A stretch of DNA of 62,939 nucleotides, filler included, from Asterionella formosa (taxonomy: Eukaryota), in the NCBI GenBank assembly GCA_002256025.1. It is 14 parts of 14 records of this genome, joined end to end, with 100 filler letters (N's around TTAATTAATTAA, not from the genome) between each part and the next. Parts side by side here need not be neighbours in the genome. Positions count along the whole stretch, not along the records: positions 36,067 to 40,464 come from NKIB01013546.1; positions 40,565 to 44,962 come from NKIB01013548.1; positions 45,063 to 49,459 come from NKIB01013549.1; 11 more parts are not named here. One strand, written 5' to 3'. The notes beneath the pieces were generated by a model. That model was not told the DNA's origin, ran no database searches, and was given only the letters and a program-made list of their open reading frames with translations. Numbering within the stretch: the first letter of the stretch is position 1; the number at the start of each line of letters is the position of its first letter. Below, piece by piece: positions 36,068 through 47,620 of this stretch. Both the position numbers and the translations under genes were made by a program.

Positions 36068-38260
36068 CTTGGCACTGTCACTCAGCTGCAATCAATATCA
36101 ACAGTCTCGTCCACATCTTCCATCACATTCGATGAAATGAAATCCCTCGAGCGACGCCTGGAGGCCATTGCAGTTTCTGCTCCCGCCTGTCTCTTTGGAT
36201 ACTTCGAACCTCACCTGCAGTCCTTTTCCATCAAGCCTGGCCAAGCCGAGGTTCTTTCCGTCACGTCCACTTGCTACTCATTGCTGACCATTCTGTCGGC
36301 AGGCAAGACCTTTGATGCCATGTTGGACGTTGCCAGGAGACAAGACATTGTCAAAGCCTTATTAGAGTCGGAATGGAGAACGGATGACTTGTTCCAAGTT
36401 CCCTTGTTGTTGTATACTATTTTAAGAGCAGACAGCGAACGCACTCTACTTTCTGCTGTCGACGAACAGGTGGCCTTTCGTCTTCGACAATTGATTTCTG
36501 CAGTGCTATCAGCTCGACCACGCCGACGATCTGGAGTGTCTCAGCCGTACTCGGACTATATCTTATTTCAAGTATGCCGTGTCATGTCCAGTCTCGTGGA
36601 AGACACAGGCGCAGTTACGTACTACGCTGCATCCATCTTGGACGAAGCCAAGGATGTTTCCATCACAAATAGTGAAACCAGCATTGGGAGACTTCCTGTA
36701 TCGGCGGTCCCAGAAGGGACAGCGTCGCAACTGTACTTGGGCTTGGCACGGTCTGCTGAAGTGTCCTTCAATGAACTATGTCGGCAATTGGCATACCGAG
36801 CCGCAGGAGATTCCACATCGTTTGATGTTATTCGCTTGGCATATTCATTATTAACGTACATTAAGGCAACCAGTAGTTTGCAAGGAACTGCGGGACGAGA
36901 ACTTGTGCCTGGACAAGGACCATCGGCAGGTACCAAAACATTAACTCTCAATAAACGATTAGTCACATCGGCCCTGGCGGCGTTTTTTGAAGAACAGCTA
37001 CAGAACGGACTCTGGGACAAGGGACAACCAATCTACAAGTCATTTCGTAAGCAAGGGCGCAATGTAGGTAACGCCTTTGTCTTTGCGCTTGACACATTGG
37101 GGTCCTTGTTGGAGGCCTTGGAGCCAGAAGATTTTCGGCCTCATTTAAAGAAATTGAAGAGAACATTGGAATGGATTGAAATTCATCAAACTGTAGAAGT
37201 TATTCCTAATTATTGTGACCCAGAGTCAGGACAATGCTATGGAAAGCCCTTGCGTGGATGGCAATCCCCACACCTGACGCCAGATACGGGACCTCAAGCT
37301 TGGTCAACTGCCCAAACACTCACGTGCGTGGCGCTAATGCAGGGAACAATTCAAAAATTGATGCACAATGATGTTTTGAGGGAATTCAATGGCAGGGGTA
37401 TTCCTCAGATATCGACGACATCATGGCAACGATTGTTGGACAGCGATATTGTGGGAAGTGGTGGCAACTCTCGGACACTCAAGAGTGTCTTGACCGAACG
37501 AGTCCTAGTTCCCTTTGAAACATCTGTCAGTAATCCATCCTTTGGCGCTGTATATTCTGCCATCCTCTTTGGACCACCAGGAACTGCCAAGACAACCATT
37601 TGTGAGTCACTGGCTGAGAGAATGGGTTGGGATTTCGTCGTAATCGATACGGCAGCCTTTTTGGCTGACGGTCTTACCAACGTGGCATCAAGAATTCGCT
37701 ATGTGTTTGACCGCCTTGGTGCTTTGAACGAATGCGTAATTTTGTTTGATGAAATTGAAGAATTCTGTTTGGATCGAGAGACCCCTGGCCTGGGAATGGA
37801 ATCTCGAATGTTGACCACGGCAATGTTGACAGCCATCAATGACTTGAGGCGAGCGAAGAAGAGTGTCTTCTTTTTGGCCACAAATCGACTGCGTGCCTTT
37901 GACTCTGCCATTACCAGGCCAGGTAGATTCGATATGCAGCTCTTTGTGGGGACACCAAACAGGGAGTCACGGGTTATGCAATTAGAACAGAAGTTGATGG
38001 GCGTCGACGTTGAAATGAAGGAGAAGGCCATCGAAGTGTACAACACTTTCTTGGCGAAGGTATGGGCTGACGATGCCATGTTTATGAACTATTTGGAGGG
38101 TCTACAGTTTGCCACTGCATGTGCTAATTTGGTAATGGCTGGTGTAGAGCTAACCGAAACTGAAATGTCGAATATTCTCAAGGCACAGGCGGCAGTAATG
38201 ACAGTCAGAGGCAGTGTTCGCGATGAATTTATTGCTTCTATGGAGTTGTCGAGGTTGTAA
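36068..38260 (+). CDS. AAA+ ATPase with a long N-terminal helical region (5'-partial; frame open from the contig start)
   Basis: Walker A GPPGTAKT, Walker B ILFDEIE, SRH ATNR...D.A..RPGRFD. Confidence 0.93.
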   Translation, partial: LGTVTQLQSISTVSSTSSITFDEMKSLERRLEAIAVSAPACLFGYFEPHLQSFSIKPGQAEVLSVTSTCYSLLTILSAGKTFDAMLDVARRQDIVKALLESEWRTDDLFQVPLLLYTILRADSERTLLSAVDEQVAFRLRQLISAVLSARPRRRSGVSQPYSDYILFQVCRVMSSLVEDTGAVTYYAASILDEAKDVSITNSETSIGRLPVSAVPEGTASQLYLGLARSAEVSFNELCRQLAYRAAGDSTSFDVIRLAYSLLTYIKATSSLQGTAGRELVPGQGPSAGTKTLTLNKRLVTSALAAFFEEQLQNGLWDKGQPIYKSFRKQGRNVGNAFVFALDTLGSLLEALEPEDFRPHLKKLKRTLEWIEIHQTVEVIPNYCDPESGQCYGKPLRGWQSPHLTPDTGPQAWSTAQTLTCVALMQGTIQKLMHNDVLREFNGRGIPQISTTSWQRLLDSDIVGSGGNSRTLKSVLTERVLVPFETSVSNPSFGAVYSAILFGPPGTAKTTICESLAERMGWDFVVIDTAAFLADGLTNVASRIRYVFDRLGALNECVILFDEIEEFCLDRETPGLGMESRMLTTAMLTAINDLRRAKKSVFFLATNRLRAFDSAITRPGRFDMQLFVGTPNRESRVMQLEQKLMGVDVEMKEKAIEVYNTFLAKVWADDAMFMNYLEGLQFATACANLVMAGVELTETEMSNILKAQAAVMTVRGSVRDEFIASMELSRL

Positions 38261-38868
38261 GAGGTTTTTTCGACTTTTTAAGTGTAGAATTGTTCCATCA
38301 AATGCCGTAATTGCAGCAATCTAATACTAGTCCTCGATTCAAAATACTTCTGTGGAAAAAATGCGTTGGCAATATTCAAGGCTCGTCATACCATAAAAGG
38401 ATGAGTGTAGTAACTACATCACAGTAGGATCAAGCATAACCAAATATATCAGGGTCTACGCTTGATTTCTACACCCCTGAGGATGGTGAAGATTGGACTG
38501 CATTTTTTTTGAAATAACTCAAACTCCACTAGGGGTTACTTGTCAACTCAGTACCCAGTATGGATACAAGATAGTATTAGTTCAATAAATAGAAAATCTC
38601 AAAAGTGTCATGTTTATCCTATCGTTTAATATTCATGTTGATGTTGATGGTCTACCACGTTATGTGGATCAATATCCCTGATACTATACGATTGTTCAAT
38701 TGGTGAAGGATTATACCGGTAGTATAGACTTGAAAATAAACAGCAACCATATACACTACTGCTTGGTTGTGTGTAATATAGTTGATGTAGTAGGTCAACT
38801 ACATTCGATTGATGTAATGTTAATAAAAGCACAGCCCTAGTTTGCAGAGTCAGCTGCATTCATGTATC

Positions 38869-40464
38869 CTAAAAGCATTTGGTGCAGCACGTTGGAGAAT
38901 CACATTTCACCGGGGAATGTGCCCCTCCGCAATCGGCAGTGAGAACAGTAAGATGAAATGAAATAGGATCTCTCAAGAGGCAAATGCCAAATGGCATGGT
39001 GCCCGTTAAATTATTGGAATCAAGGAAAATAGATTCCAAAGCAGTCAACTTGCCCAATGTAGTAGGAATGGTTCCTGTGAACCTGTTCGATCTCAAATCC
39101 AATGTACTGAGAGAACTGAGTTCGCCCAGTTCATCAGGAATGATTCCAGTGAGTTCGTTGGATGAGAGATCCAATTTGGACAAAAAGCTCAAATTGGCCA
39201 ATCCACTAGGGATTGGTCCTGTGAACTTGTTGTAACTTAAATACAATTCACCCAGAGAGCTCAGCTCTCCAAATGAGCTCGGAATTGTTCCGGAAATTTT
39301 GTTGGAATGCAAATCTAATGTTGCCATAGAGGAAAGTAGGCCTAAAGATTCAGGAATTTCTCCATCAAGCATGTTGAAACTCAAATCCAAATCATAAACT
39401 TTGCTGAGTTTGCCCAATGCTTGAGGAATAGGACCATTGAGCTTGTTGAAACTCAAATCCAAATAAGACAGCTCAGTCAATTGGCCCAATGCACTTGGAA
39501 TAGCTCCAATTATCTCGTTGGAGGAGAGATCCAAGGTGAGAAGAGAGCTGAGTTGGCCCAATGCATCAGAAATCGGCCCGGAGAATTGATTATCAGACAA
39601 CAGCATGATTTGTAGAAAAGCGAGCCCACCAAATGCACTAGGAATTTCTCCATTCAACTGATTGAACCTCAAATCCAAATAGAAAAGACGACGAAGCTCA
39701 CCCAGTTCACTAGGAATCGCTCCATTGAGAGTGTTGGATGAAACATCCAACGTTTCCAGAAGGGTGATAAGGCCCAATTCACTAGGAATCTCTCCGGAGA
39801 TGTCCAAATTATTTGACAAGTCAATGAATGTCAAATTAGTGAGCAAGCCCAATTCAGATGGAATGCTTCCGGAGAGTTGATTTCCTTCTAGACCTAGGGA
39901 GTTCAGACGGCTGAGCAGGCCCAATTGGCTGGGGATCGCTCCAGATAAATGATTTAATTCGAAATCCATAGAGGTCAAAACCTTGCTCCAAATAGTAGGA
40001 ATGCTTCCTCTGAGGGAGTTATCATACAAAGCCACGGAGACCAGATTTTGAAGCTCTCTGAATTCATTAGGAATGGTACCGGTGAGTTTATTTCCTCCAA
40101 AATCCAAGTTTGTAAGACGAGTAAGCTTTCCCAATTCGGTAGGAATCGTTCCTGTGATCTCATTGTAGCTTAAACTTAGATGCACCAGGGCTGTGAGTGT
40201 GCCCAGTTCACTAGGAAGCTTTCTCATGATGCCTCCAGAATTTAAATCCAAGTAGGTCAACTGACCAAGTCCCACAATGGATTGTGGAATAGTATGGCCT
40301 CCAATGATGTTTGGTGCGAAGTATGTTATGCTGCAAGAGACTGTCTCTCCAAACAGCATGACGTTATTGCTGGCATCACATGCCTTGACGCATTGTTCAG
40401 TTATCTTGCTTCTGTAGTACCCAGGGTCGCAAGAAAGAGGCTTGTTAGGAAGAGATTTTTTCGA
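38869..40464 (-). CDS. Long 24-aa LRR protein (plant-specific-type repeats), 5'-partial
   Basis: About 18 LxxLDLSxNxLxGxIPxxLG repeats with a Cys-rich C-cap. The frame stays open to the contig end (..SCDPGYYRSKITEQC..). Confidence 0.92.
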   Translation of the reverse strand, partial: SKKSLPNKPLSCDPGYYRSKITEQCVKACDASNNVMLFGETVSCSITYFAPNIIGGHTIPQSIVGLGQLTYLDLNSGGIMRKLPSELGTLTALVHLSLSYNEITGTIPTELGKLTRLTNLDFGGNKLTGTIPNEFRELQNLVSVALYDNSLRGSIPTIWSKVLTSMDFELNHLSGAIPSQLGLLSRLNSLGLEGNQLSGSIPSELGLLTNLTFIDLSNNLDISGEIPSELGLITLLETLDVSSNTLNGAIPSELGELRRLFYLDLRFNQLNGEIPSAFGGLAFLQIMLLSDNQFSGPISDALGQLSSLLTLDLSSNEIIGAIPSALGQLTELSYLDLSFNKLNGPIPQALGKLSKVYDLDLSFNMLDGEIPESLGLLSSMATLDLHSNKISGTIPSSFGELSSLGELYLSYNKFTGPIPSGLANLSFLSKLDLSSNELTGIIPDELGELSSLSTLDLRSNRFTGTIPTTLGKLTALESIFLDSNNLTGTMPFGICLLRDPISFHLTVLTADCGGAHSPVKCDSPTCCTKCF

Positions 40465-40979
40465 NNNNNNNNNNNNNNNNNNNNNNNNNNNNNNNNNNNN
40501 NNNNNNNNTTAATTAATTAANNNNNNNNNNNNNNNNNNNNNNNNNNNNNNNNNNNNNNNNNNNNACGAAACTCGCATATCGCTATCGATTGTTGCTCTTG
40601 ACAGCGCCAAAATAATCCAACTTTGGTTCTGTCTGAAACCGACAATGAATCATCCTCGTTGGCTGCTGCTCCTGCTGCTCCTGCTGCTCCTGCTTCTCCT
40701 GCTGCTCCTTCCCATGTAGCATCCTGCTTTGACAACAATGGATGACGATATCCTACTGGGATCGTCGAAGACTCGAAGGACAATATTTTATAGATAGCTG
40801 CCAGTATTATTCAAAGGTTTTTGTACTTAAGTTTATTATTTGTCTACATCAAGAGAGTAAGGTAAATGTGTATTGTAAGCGTTTGTGGATCAATGAAACA
40901 GTTGACGTTATGTTGCCGGCGCGAACCACAATCTAAACCAATAGAAATGCTCCTTTTATTTGGCTACAGTCGGAGTCTA

Positions 40980-41165
40980 ATCGACCAAATACCAGATATT
41001 TGGTCGACAAGGGGGTCATCCTCGATCAAGACCAAAGCATATTTGGTCTTGGTCGATGCGGTGGCTAAAATATTTTTGCTTTTTCGACCAAAACAACGCA
41101 TCATGACGTGTAATGACCCGCAACTTCAATTGGCTTGGTATTTGGTCGATGCGGTGGCGATGCTC
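40980..41165 (-). mobile_element. Harbinger/Tourist-like end with subterminal TGGTCGATGCGGTGGC repeats
   Basis: Ends ...GTGGCGATGCTC; same TIR family as 16557. Confidence 0.6.
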
Positions 41166-41167
41166 TA

Positions 41168-43159
41168 GGGTCGTTCTTATCATTCCGAATTTGCTGTATC
41201 ATTTCCGGGTTGCGGGCAAAAAGTGACGGTTGGTATCAAAACACGGTATCAGCAACGGTAACTTGATGGTATCAATTGTGTATCATTGATACAAAATTGA
41301 TACCTTTCTTTGCCCCCTCCAAAAACGGTATCAGTGATACTGACGTTTTCACGCGGGTATCATTTCCGTTGTCACTAATAAAATAACCGAAAATAAGCCT
41401 ACAAGGCAAGGCACCAGTGATAATATTAATGGCATATACTATCCCTTCAATTTTATGCTGGCTGCGTATGCACATCGTCCAAGCAACACCATTGATACAA
41501 TTATACGGCACCAGACAGAAAGTTATAATTGGCGATCTTATAACTCCCAAGTGTTTTTGTGTATTTGTTACTACAGATCAGTCATTTGAATCTCCCTGAA
41601 GATACTACAAGCAAGGCAAATGGAACCGCATATGGAACCAGTCACACAAACGCAAACAACAACTGTTGATGTGAAGACCACTGTATATCAAGATCGACCC
41701 ACCAACTTCAACAATACAATGCAGTCTCTTGCTACAGATACTGAAGTCGATCGATTTGTTGACTCCCTCATACTTCCTGATGACTTTGTGCTTGATAGTG
41801 AAAGGACAAAGGTGATTTTCATCAAAGGTGTTGCAATGAAGCAGATCTTGGTCAAGGTTCTCCGAAAAATTTGCGTCAGATACAAAGTTTCTGGATACAA
41901 AAATGCGAAGAAGGCTTTCACTGTTGCTTTGATTGCTCGACTTTTGAAGAGAGACAGCTTGTCACAGAGGATATACCCTAGATCTTTCATTGTCAATGAA
42001 TCAGACATTGAATTGGATAGTAATAATGATAATCACGAAGATTCATCAATTAATGATGAGGAATTCAAAGTCGATGAAGATTGCGAAGATGATAATGATG
42101 AAAGGAACGACAAAGTTCAAGAGGCAACAGCAGTGCAGCCACATGAGTCTTTGGTCGATCCTCAGTTTGAACAAAAGGAAGTGAACCCTCCTGTAAAAAA
42201 GGTGAAAAAGAATAAGGCACAGGCAAAGTCAACCCCTCCAGATGCTGTGACCTGCATCAACACATACTTCCGTGTCATTAATGTCTACATGTGCAACAAG
42301 CTTCGCAGTGATGTTTTGCGTCTAGGTCAGCCACCAACTCTGACTGAACTTGATGCAAGAAGATTTCGACACAAGTTCATTTTTGATCGACTTGTTGTCA
42401 CATATAATGATGATGAGGATGACGACTGCATCATTCTAGCATTTCCCGAAGATGAATAGTGGGACCAAGTTGGAATTGATGCTGACTACGCAAAAAAAAT
42501 GATGTCCTCACTTCCAGAGACTTTTCATTGGTAATGGGATACATTAATCATCATTATCAAGTTGCCTATCGAAAAAACAAACAATCAGGCAATCATGATG
42601 ATTTTGTCAAATTTGTTGGGTCACGTCATTTCCTATATTACTACCATCTTTGGTTGTGTCAAGTTCCACATCTATTGAATTTTGCTGTACCACTGTTACC
42701 AAAATATGCCTTCCGTGAGAGTATAGACATTGACGATACTGCCACCACATTGTCATCAAAATCAAAATCTTCAAGCAATTTCAGTGTAAGAAAGAAGGGA
42801 AGACATGCAATCTTGACGCAAAACCTACATCATCTTCTCAAAATCTTGCAATTGCATTGGAATCATTTGAGAAGTCGAATGTTGCAAAACTCAGACTGCT
42901 TGAGTCTACAACTGCACCACGCAGAGAAAATGATCTACTGGATGTCTTGGATAAGTATAAGGTCCAACTAAAAAGCCTGGAGGGATATGCACATGATTGT
43001 AGCCAGCCCGTAACCGTTGAATTTTCGTGATACTTTTTGGTGATACAATTTCATTTTTATTTTTGTGGAGAATGGATTTTTTCGGTTTAAATCGAGTAGC
43101 CGTTACATGATACTTTTTCAAAAAAAATGATACCAAATCGAAAATGATAAGAACGACCC
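41168..43159 (+). mobile_element. PIF/Harbinger deletion derivative (1992 bp) with both TIRs
   Basis: 17-bp perfect TIR GGGTCGTTCTTATCATT...AATGATAAGAACGACCC|TAA. The left flank is CTA, so the TSD is imperfect. Confidence 0.88.
41620..42971 (+). pseudogene. Harbinger accessory (second ORF) protein, disrupted
   Basis: Lies inside the TIRs; two ORF pieces with a SG.HDDF..F......YYYHLWL motif; no DDE motifs. Confidence 0.55.
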
Positions 43160-43266
43160 TAAATATATGGGAAAAATTTGAAAGTGCATTCTAGAAAGGT
43201 ACTGGTAACTGGTAGGAATACACTACCTGGTGCGGAGCACGAGCAAGTTGCGGTTATTTTGCTTAA

Positions 43267-44356
43267 GGCGGCTTAACCCTAGTTCGTAGAATATATCGAT
43301 AGGGTTGTAAAACGGCGTGGAACAGGGAGTTTCCTACTATGAATTCCAATGATTCGAGTGTCCATTTGAATATTTGAATAAAATAGGAATCGGCGCCAGA
43401 TTGGTAGAATTCCAATTGAAAAGATGATATTTAATCATTTTTACTTTTTCTTCGTTGCTGTCTGAAGAGATAGTTTTGCTCAACACCAAAAAAAACCAAA
43501 AAATTAGGAGTATGCCAATATGTATTGCTCATGGCTCGTGTTTATACGTTTATATTGAATCTGAGTTGCTGTATGTAGTTTCAATAACACTCCATGCACA
43601 TAGGTATATACTCGTGTATGAATCACTACCGGTACCGGAGTCCCAGAGCAATGTTATCTCGGTACTTGGAGTACCAGGTAGTACATAATCTTGGTTCGTC
43701 ATGATGGAAGACAGGATAAAACTACCGGTAGTACCCGGTAGTACCGGAACTGATATTACCAACCAGCATTCAGTACATCTAATACGTGTGGTTCAAGTGT
43801 GGCTGGCGAGATTTTACAAGACAGTGATACCTCAGCGAATCTGGAGCAGGTGAATAAAATCAATTCAACCAATCAGGATGTGTGTAGTGACACGGGAACT
43901 TACCCTGGAGTCTTTTCGGACAGAATAATTCAGCGAAACATACCTACGCAAGACTCTAAGTATACGAGAACGTTTTTGCACGTGCAAATTCTGATTCCAA
44001 TATTTTGGCAACTGTAGAAAAAGCCGAACGGGTCGACATTTTGGAGGAGCATTGCTCTACATCTATGGGGTTTCATAAAGAATGAAAGAGATAGCCGTGT
44101 ACCCTAGCTATAACGTCAGGATTTAACTTCTGCAGAGAAGTGGCAGTTATCCCTTGTAGATTTTTTAAAAGCTTGATGGCCCCCTTTTCTGAGTATTTTT
44201 TGGATAGTTACAATTCCAAGAGGGATAACTGCCACTTCTCTCCAGAAATGAGGTCCTTACCATATCAGAAAATAGATCATACCCCTAAGTCAAGGAATGA
44301 CTGTATCTAAGCATATGCAAAGTGGTCGTATTGGTGAAAGCTAATTTTACATTTAA
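43267..44356 (+). mobile_element. Kolobok-like family A, non-autonomous copy
   Basis: TTAA|GG..CGGCTTAACCCTAG start; aligns with 2698-3325; ends at an internal TTAA occupied by a second copy. Confidence 0.7.
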
Positions 44357-44770
44357 GGTTGCGGCCCCGCAGTTACACATTGCAAGGTCCGTTTTTTCCC
44401 AAATTAATTTTATGATGTACCTTAATCCACACATTACTTACAAGTAAATAAAACAGTTAAAGGCAATATTAGCTTTCACCAACACGACCACTTTGCACAT
44501 GCTTAGATACAGTCATGGGTCGACTTAGGGGTATGTTCTATCTTCAGATATGGTAAGGACCTCGTTTCCGGAAAGAAACTGCAGCTATTGATTGTAGAAT
44601 CGTAACTATCGCAAAAATACTCAAAAAAGGGGCTGCAAAGCTTTTCTAAACATCTAAGATACATAACTGCAGTTTCTCTCCAGAAGTTAACTCCTGACGT
44701 CATAGGGTACACGGCTAGCTACTTTAATCTTGATGAAACCCCGCAGATATAGAGCAATCCTCCTCCAAAA
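44357..44770 (-). mobile_element. Kolobok-like family A right end, inserted inverted into the first copy
   Basis: TTAA|GGTTGCGGCCCCGC. 44457-44770 is the reverse complement of 44039-44356. Confidence 0.75.
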
Positions 44771-45062
44771 AGACAAGACTCCAGATTACGTTGCCGCGTC
44801 ACTACACGTATTCTGATTGGTTGAATTGAATTTACTCTGTTGAGGGGAACCTTATCGTGAATAAAGGTGAACTACAATATTATGACTATTCTATTGCTGT
44901 TTCGAGTACATCGTTGTTAGCACTCATGCATGTACCTAATCTGGTGGCTGCGCCGGTATGGTNNNNNNNNNNNNNNNNNNNNNNNNNNNNNNNNNNNNNN
45001 NNNNNNTTAATTAATTAANNNNNNNNNNNNNNNNNNNNNNNNNNNNNNNNNNNNNNNNNNNN

Positions 45063-45820
45063 TAGTTGATGTTTCAAATAATTCATTTCAAAGTTCAACT
45101 AATATCCCGCTCTTGTGGCTAATTCATTTACTACACTCATCTTTATTTGTGAAATAGTAAGGATATTTGTGGTGTCTTATTTCATGCATGTACAATCTAC
45201 AGTTTATTGTTGTGCACTTCAAGTAAATAATGTGAGCTATTATAGTGAACAAGATTTCTCTTCGAGGTTTTCATGTGATAGTTCAGAATCATAAAGTGAT
45301 TTCCAAGACAAAACTAGTTGATGTTACAACTACATATTTTAAAAGTTCAAGATAAAATTGTTTTAGAGGATAAATAATTGCGAAAGACAACTCATCATAT
45401 GGTACACATATGCCAAGAAGGTATGAATTGGTCAAGAAATGACAGTAAAAAGAGTTTTCGTCATCCTCATGCACCAAATTGACGCAACCATAAACATCGC
45501 CGCTGTAGGCTGAAGTAAGTGCGCATTGTCAATGTAAAATTGGCAAATTGAACTCGCACTACGCCAAAGCAATGCGGACTCGAGACAGTGTCCTTCAGCG
45601 CTTATCAGAAGCACTCATGCGACGATAGCTAACCAAGTTAAGTACTGGTATAAGCACCGCCCCGATTTTTTTACTATAGTAGCACGAGGCTAATGGTAGC
45701 TAATCCAGTGCATGTGCAATTAGGAGTGCCGTGAGTATTGGCTGTGTCCTCTCCCTCTTGTCATATTCGTTGTTCAAGCCACACTTGTAGCCTCAGAAAT
45801 TTGTCCCGACGAAATTGTTA
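45063..45820 (+). repeat. Diverged homolog of the region around the 5' end of the contig-1 Crypton (about 380-770)
   Basis: Shared blocks such as CACACTTGTAGCCTCAGAAA and GTGG.TAATTC...TGTGGTGTCT. Confidence 0.5.
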
Positions 45821-47272
45821 GCAAGACTGCGCCAGATTTTTCGTGTAGATTGTAGGTTCTGTTGATACGAAGAAGAAGTCATGGCTGCGCTCAGGATTTT
45901 GATCCTCTGAACTCACAAAAACACCAACATTCAACACCACTGTGAACAACTAATTTTCAACATGGGGACGACCCTTACAACGAGTATCCCCCGCCCTTCC
46001 AGATTTTCAGCTGCCTCACTGTAAGCAAATCTTTTATCAGCTCACATAGGGTTTGTTGCACCAACAGAAGGTGGAATGATGCAACATTGAGATTGTAAGA
46101 AGCAATGGATGCTTTCAAGGTAATATTTTTTCTTCCTATTTTTGCTATCATATTACCAAGCGAGTGATAGTTCATAATGATATGCTGCTGTTCTCAACAT
46201 TCATTTGACATTTGAACAGGCCTTTTCAGAAAAGGAGTGTTCTTTTGAAAGCAGGAATGATAGGAGGTGAAATGATGCAATATGAAGACCCGCAATGGAA
46301 GATTTTACTAAGGTGTGCTTAATGCTCAGTTTTTGTCTTCACATCAGCAAAGCGAGCGATAAATCACACGCTTTTGTTATTGTTCTCTACATTTATTTTA
46401 CATTTCAGCCGTCCATTTCACAACAGGAGCATTCTTTTGAATGCATCAGTGAGTTGTGATGCTGCCTGGTGGCTAATGCCGGTGTCTTGCCGTCAATTTG
46501 ACTGCTCCGTGAAACAGTTGAATAAAACATGTGTGTGTTGCTTTCTGTTGTTGCTAGTTCTATTCAATGAATTACTGACACGCTGTTGTTATGTAAATCT
46601 TTGCAGGTCGATGAAGAAGTCATTTCAAGGACAAGAAGGAAGCCAGTGTGATGTTTTCAAGTTGCAATTTCGCACAATGATGCCTGTTCAAGAATGAATA
46701 ATTTTTTCATTCAGAATGAATTGCTTCTGTTTGTCTTGAATTGTGCTTACAGACGTCTCATAATGCGCTGCCTTCTCAAGACTGAAGATGCCATTCTGAA
46801 AGAACTGCTTTGTTCGATTGCATATTGAGATTTCTTTCCCATGTAATGTGAAATACCTGTAGTTTAATTAGTAATCAACATATTTGATAGTACTTTTAAA
46901 TTACGTGAACAAAATTACAGAATTACGTAAACAAATTTAATACACTACATGAGCTATATTATAGAATTACGTGAACAAAATTATAAGGCAATGTGAAGTA
47001 AATTACAGAATTAATTGAAGTATTTCAATTAATTAGGTGAAGTATTTCAAATAATTATGTGAAGGTGGCTGATTACGTAATATTCTACCGGTAGTGATGA
47101 TCAGGAATGCATGCATGATACTCTGATCAAATAATTAACGTGATGTATTCAGATAATATATAGATATATTCAAGTAAGCATTTTGATGTATTCAAATAAT
47201 TCATGTGATCCATTCAAAATCAACTAGGCTTATTTACGTGATAGTCACTTCACGTAATATGCGGCTTAGATG

Positions 47273-47602
47273 TGTGTGGTGATAGAAAGTCAATGTTGCC
47301 TGTGTAAGTACTACAATGATTCACAATGCATACATCTCCATTGGAACTCTTATTTTTTATTTCATTTCTAACCCAAAATAATTTTTTCTATTTCTCATTT
47401 GATGCTACTTATTACATTGCATTACATACTTTGGTTGCTCCAAACATCATGTTCAATTTTCATTGATGTTGCATGTTGTTACAATCATTCTCGTGTGTTT
47501 TACGCTTGTTGTACCATCTCTATGCATATTACCGTTATTCTGGTTGTCATGCTAAAATCGGCAATTTTATTGCCGAAAAATTCGATGTGCCCCATATTGC
47601 CC
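47273..47602 (-). mobile_element. Kolobok-like family C end
   Basis: ...CCCCATATTGCCC|TTAA. Confidence 0.65.
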
Positions 47603-47620
47603 TTAAATAAAAATTACTTA

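Noticed and set aside
36579..38079. Several antisense or overlapping ORFs within the AAA ATPase
   Set aside because: Shadow ORFs of a long coding sequence.
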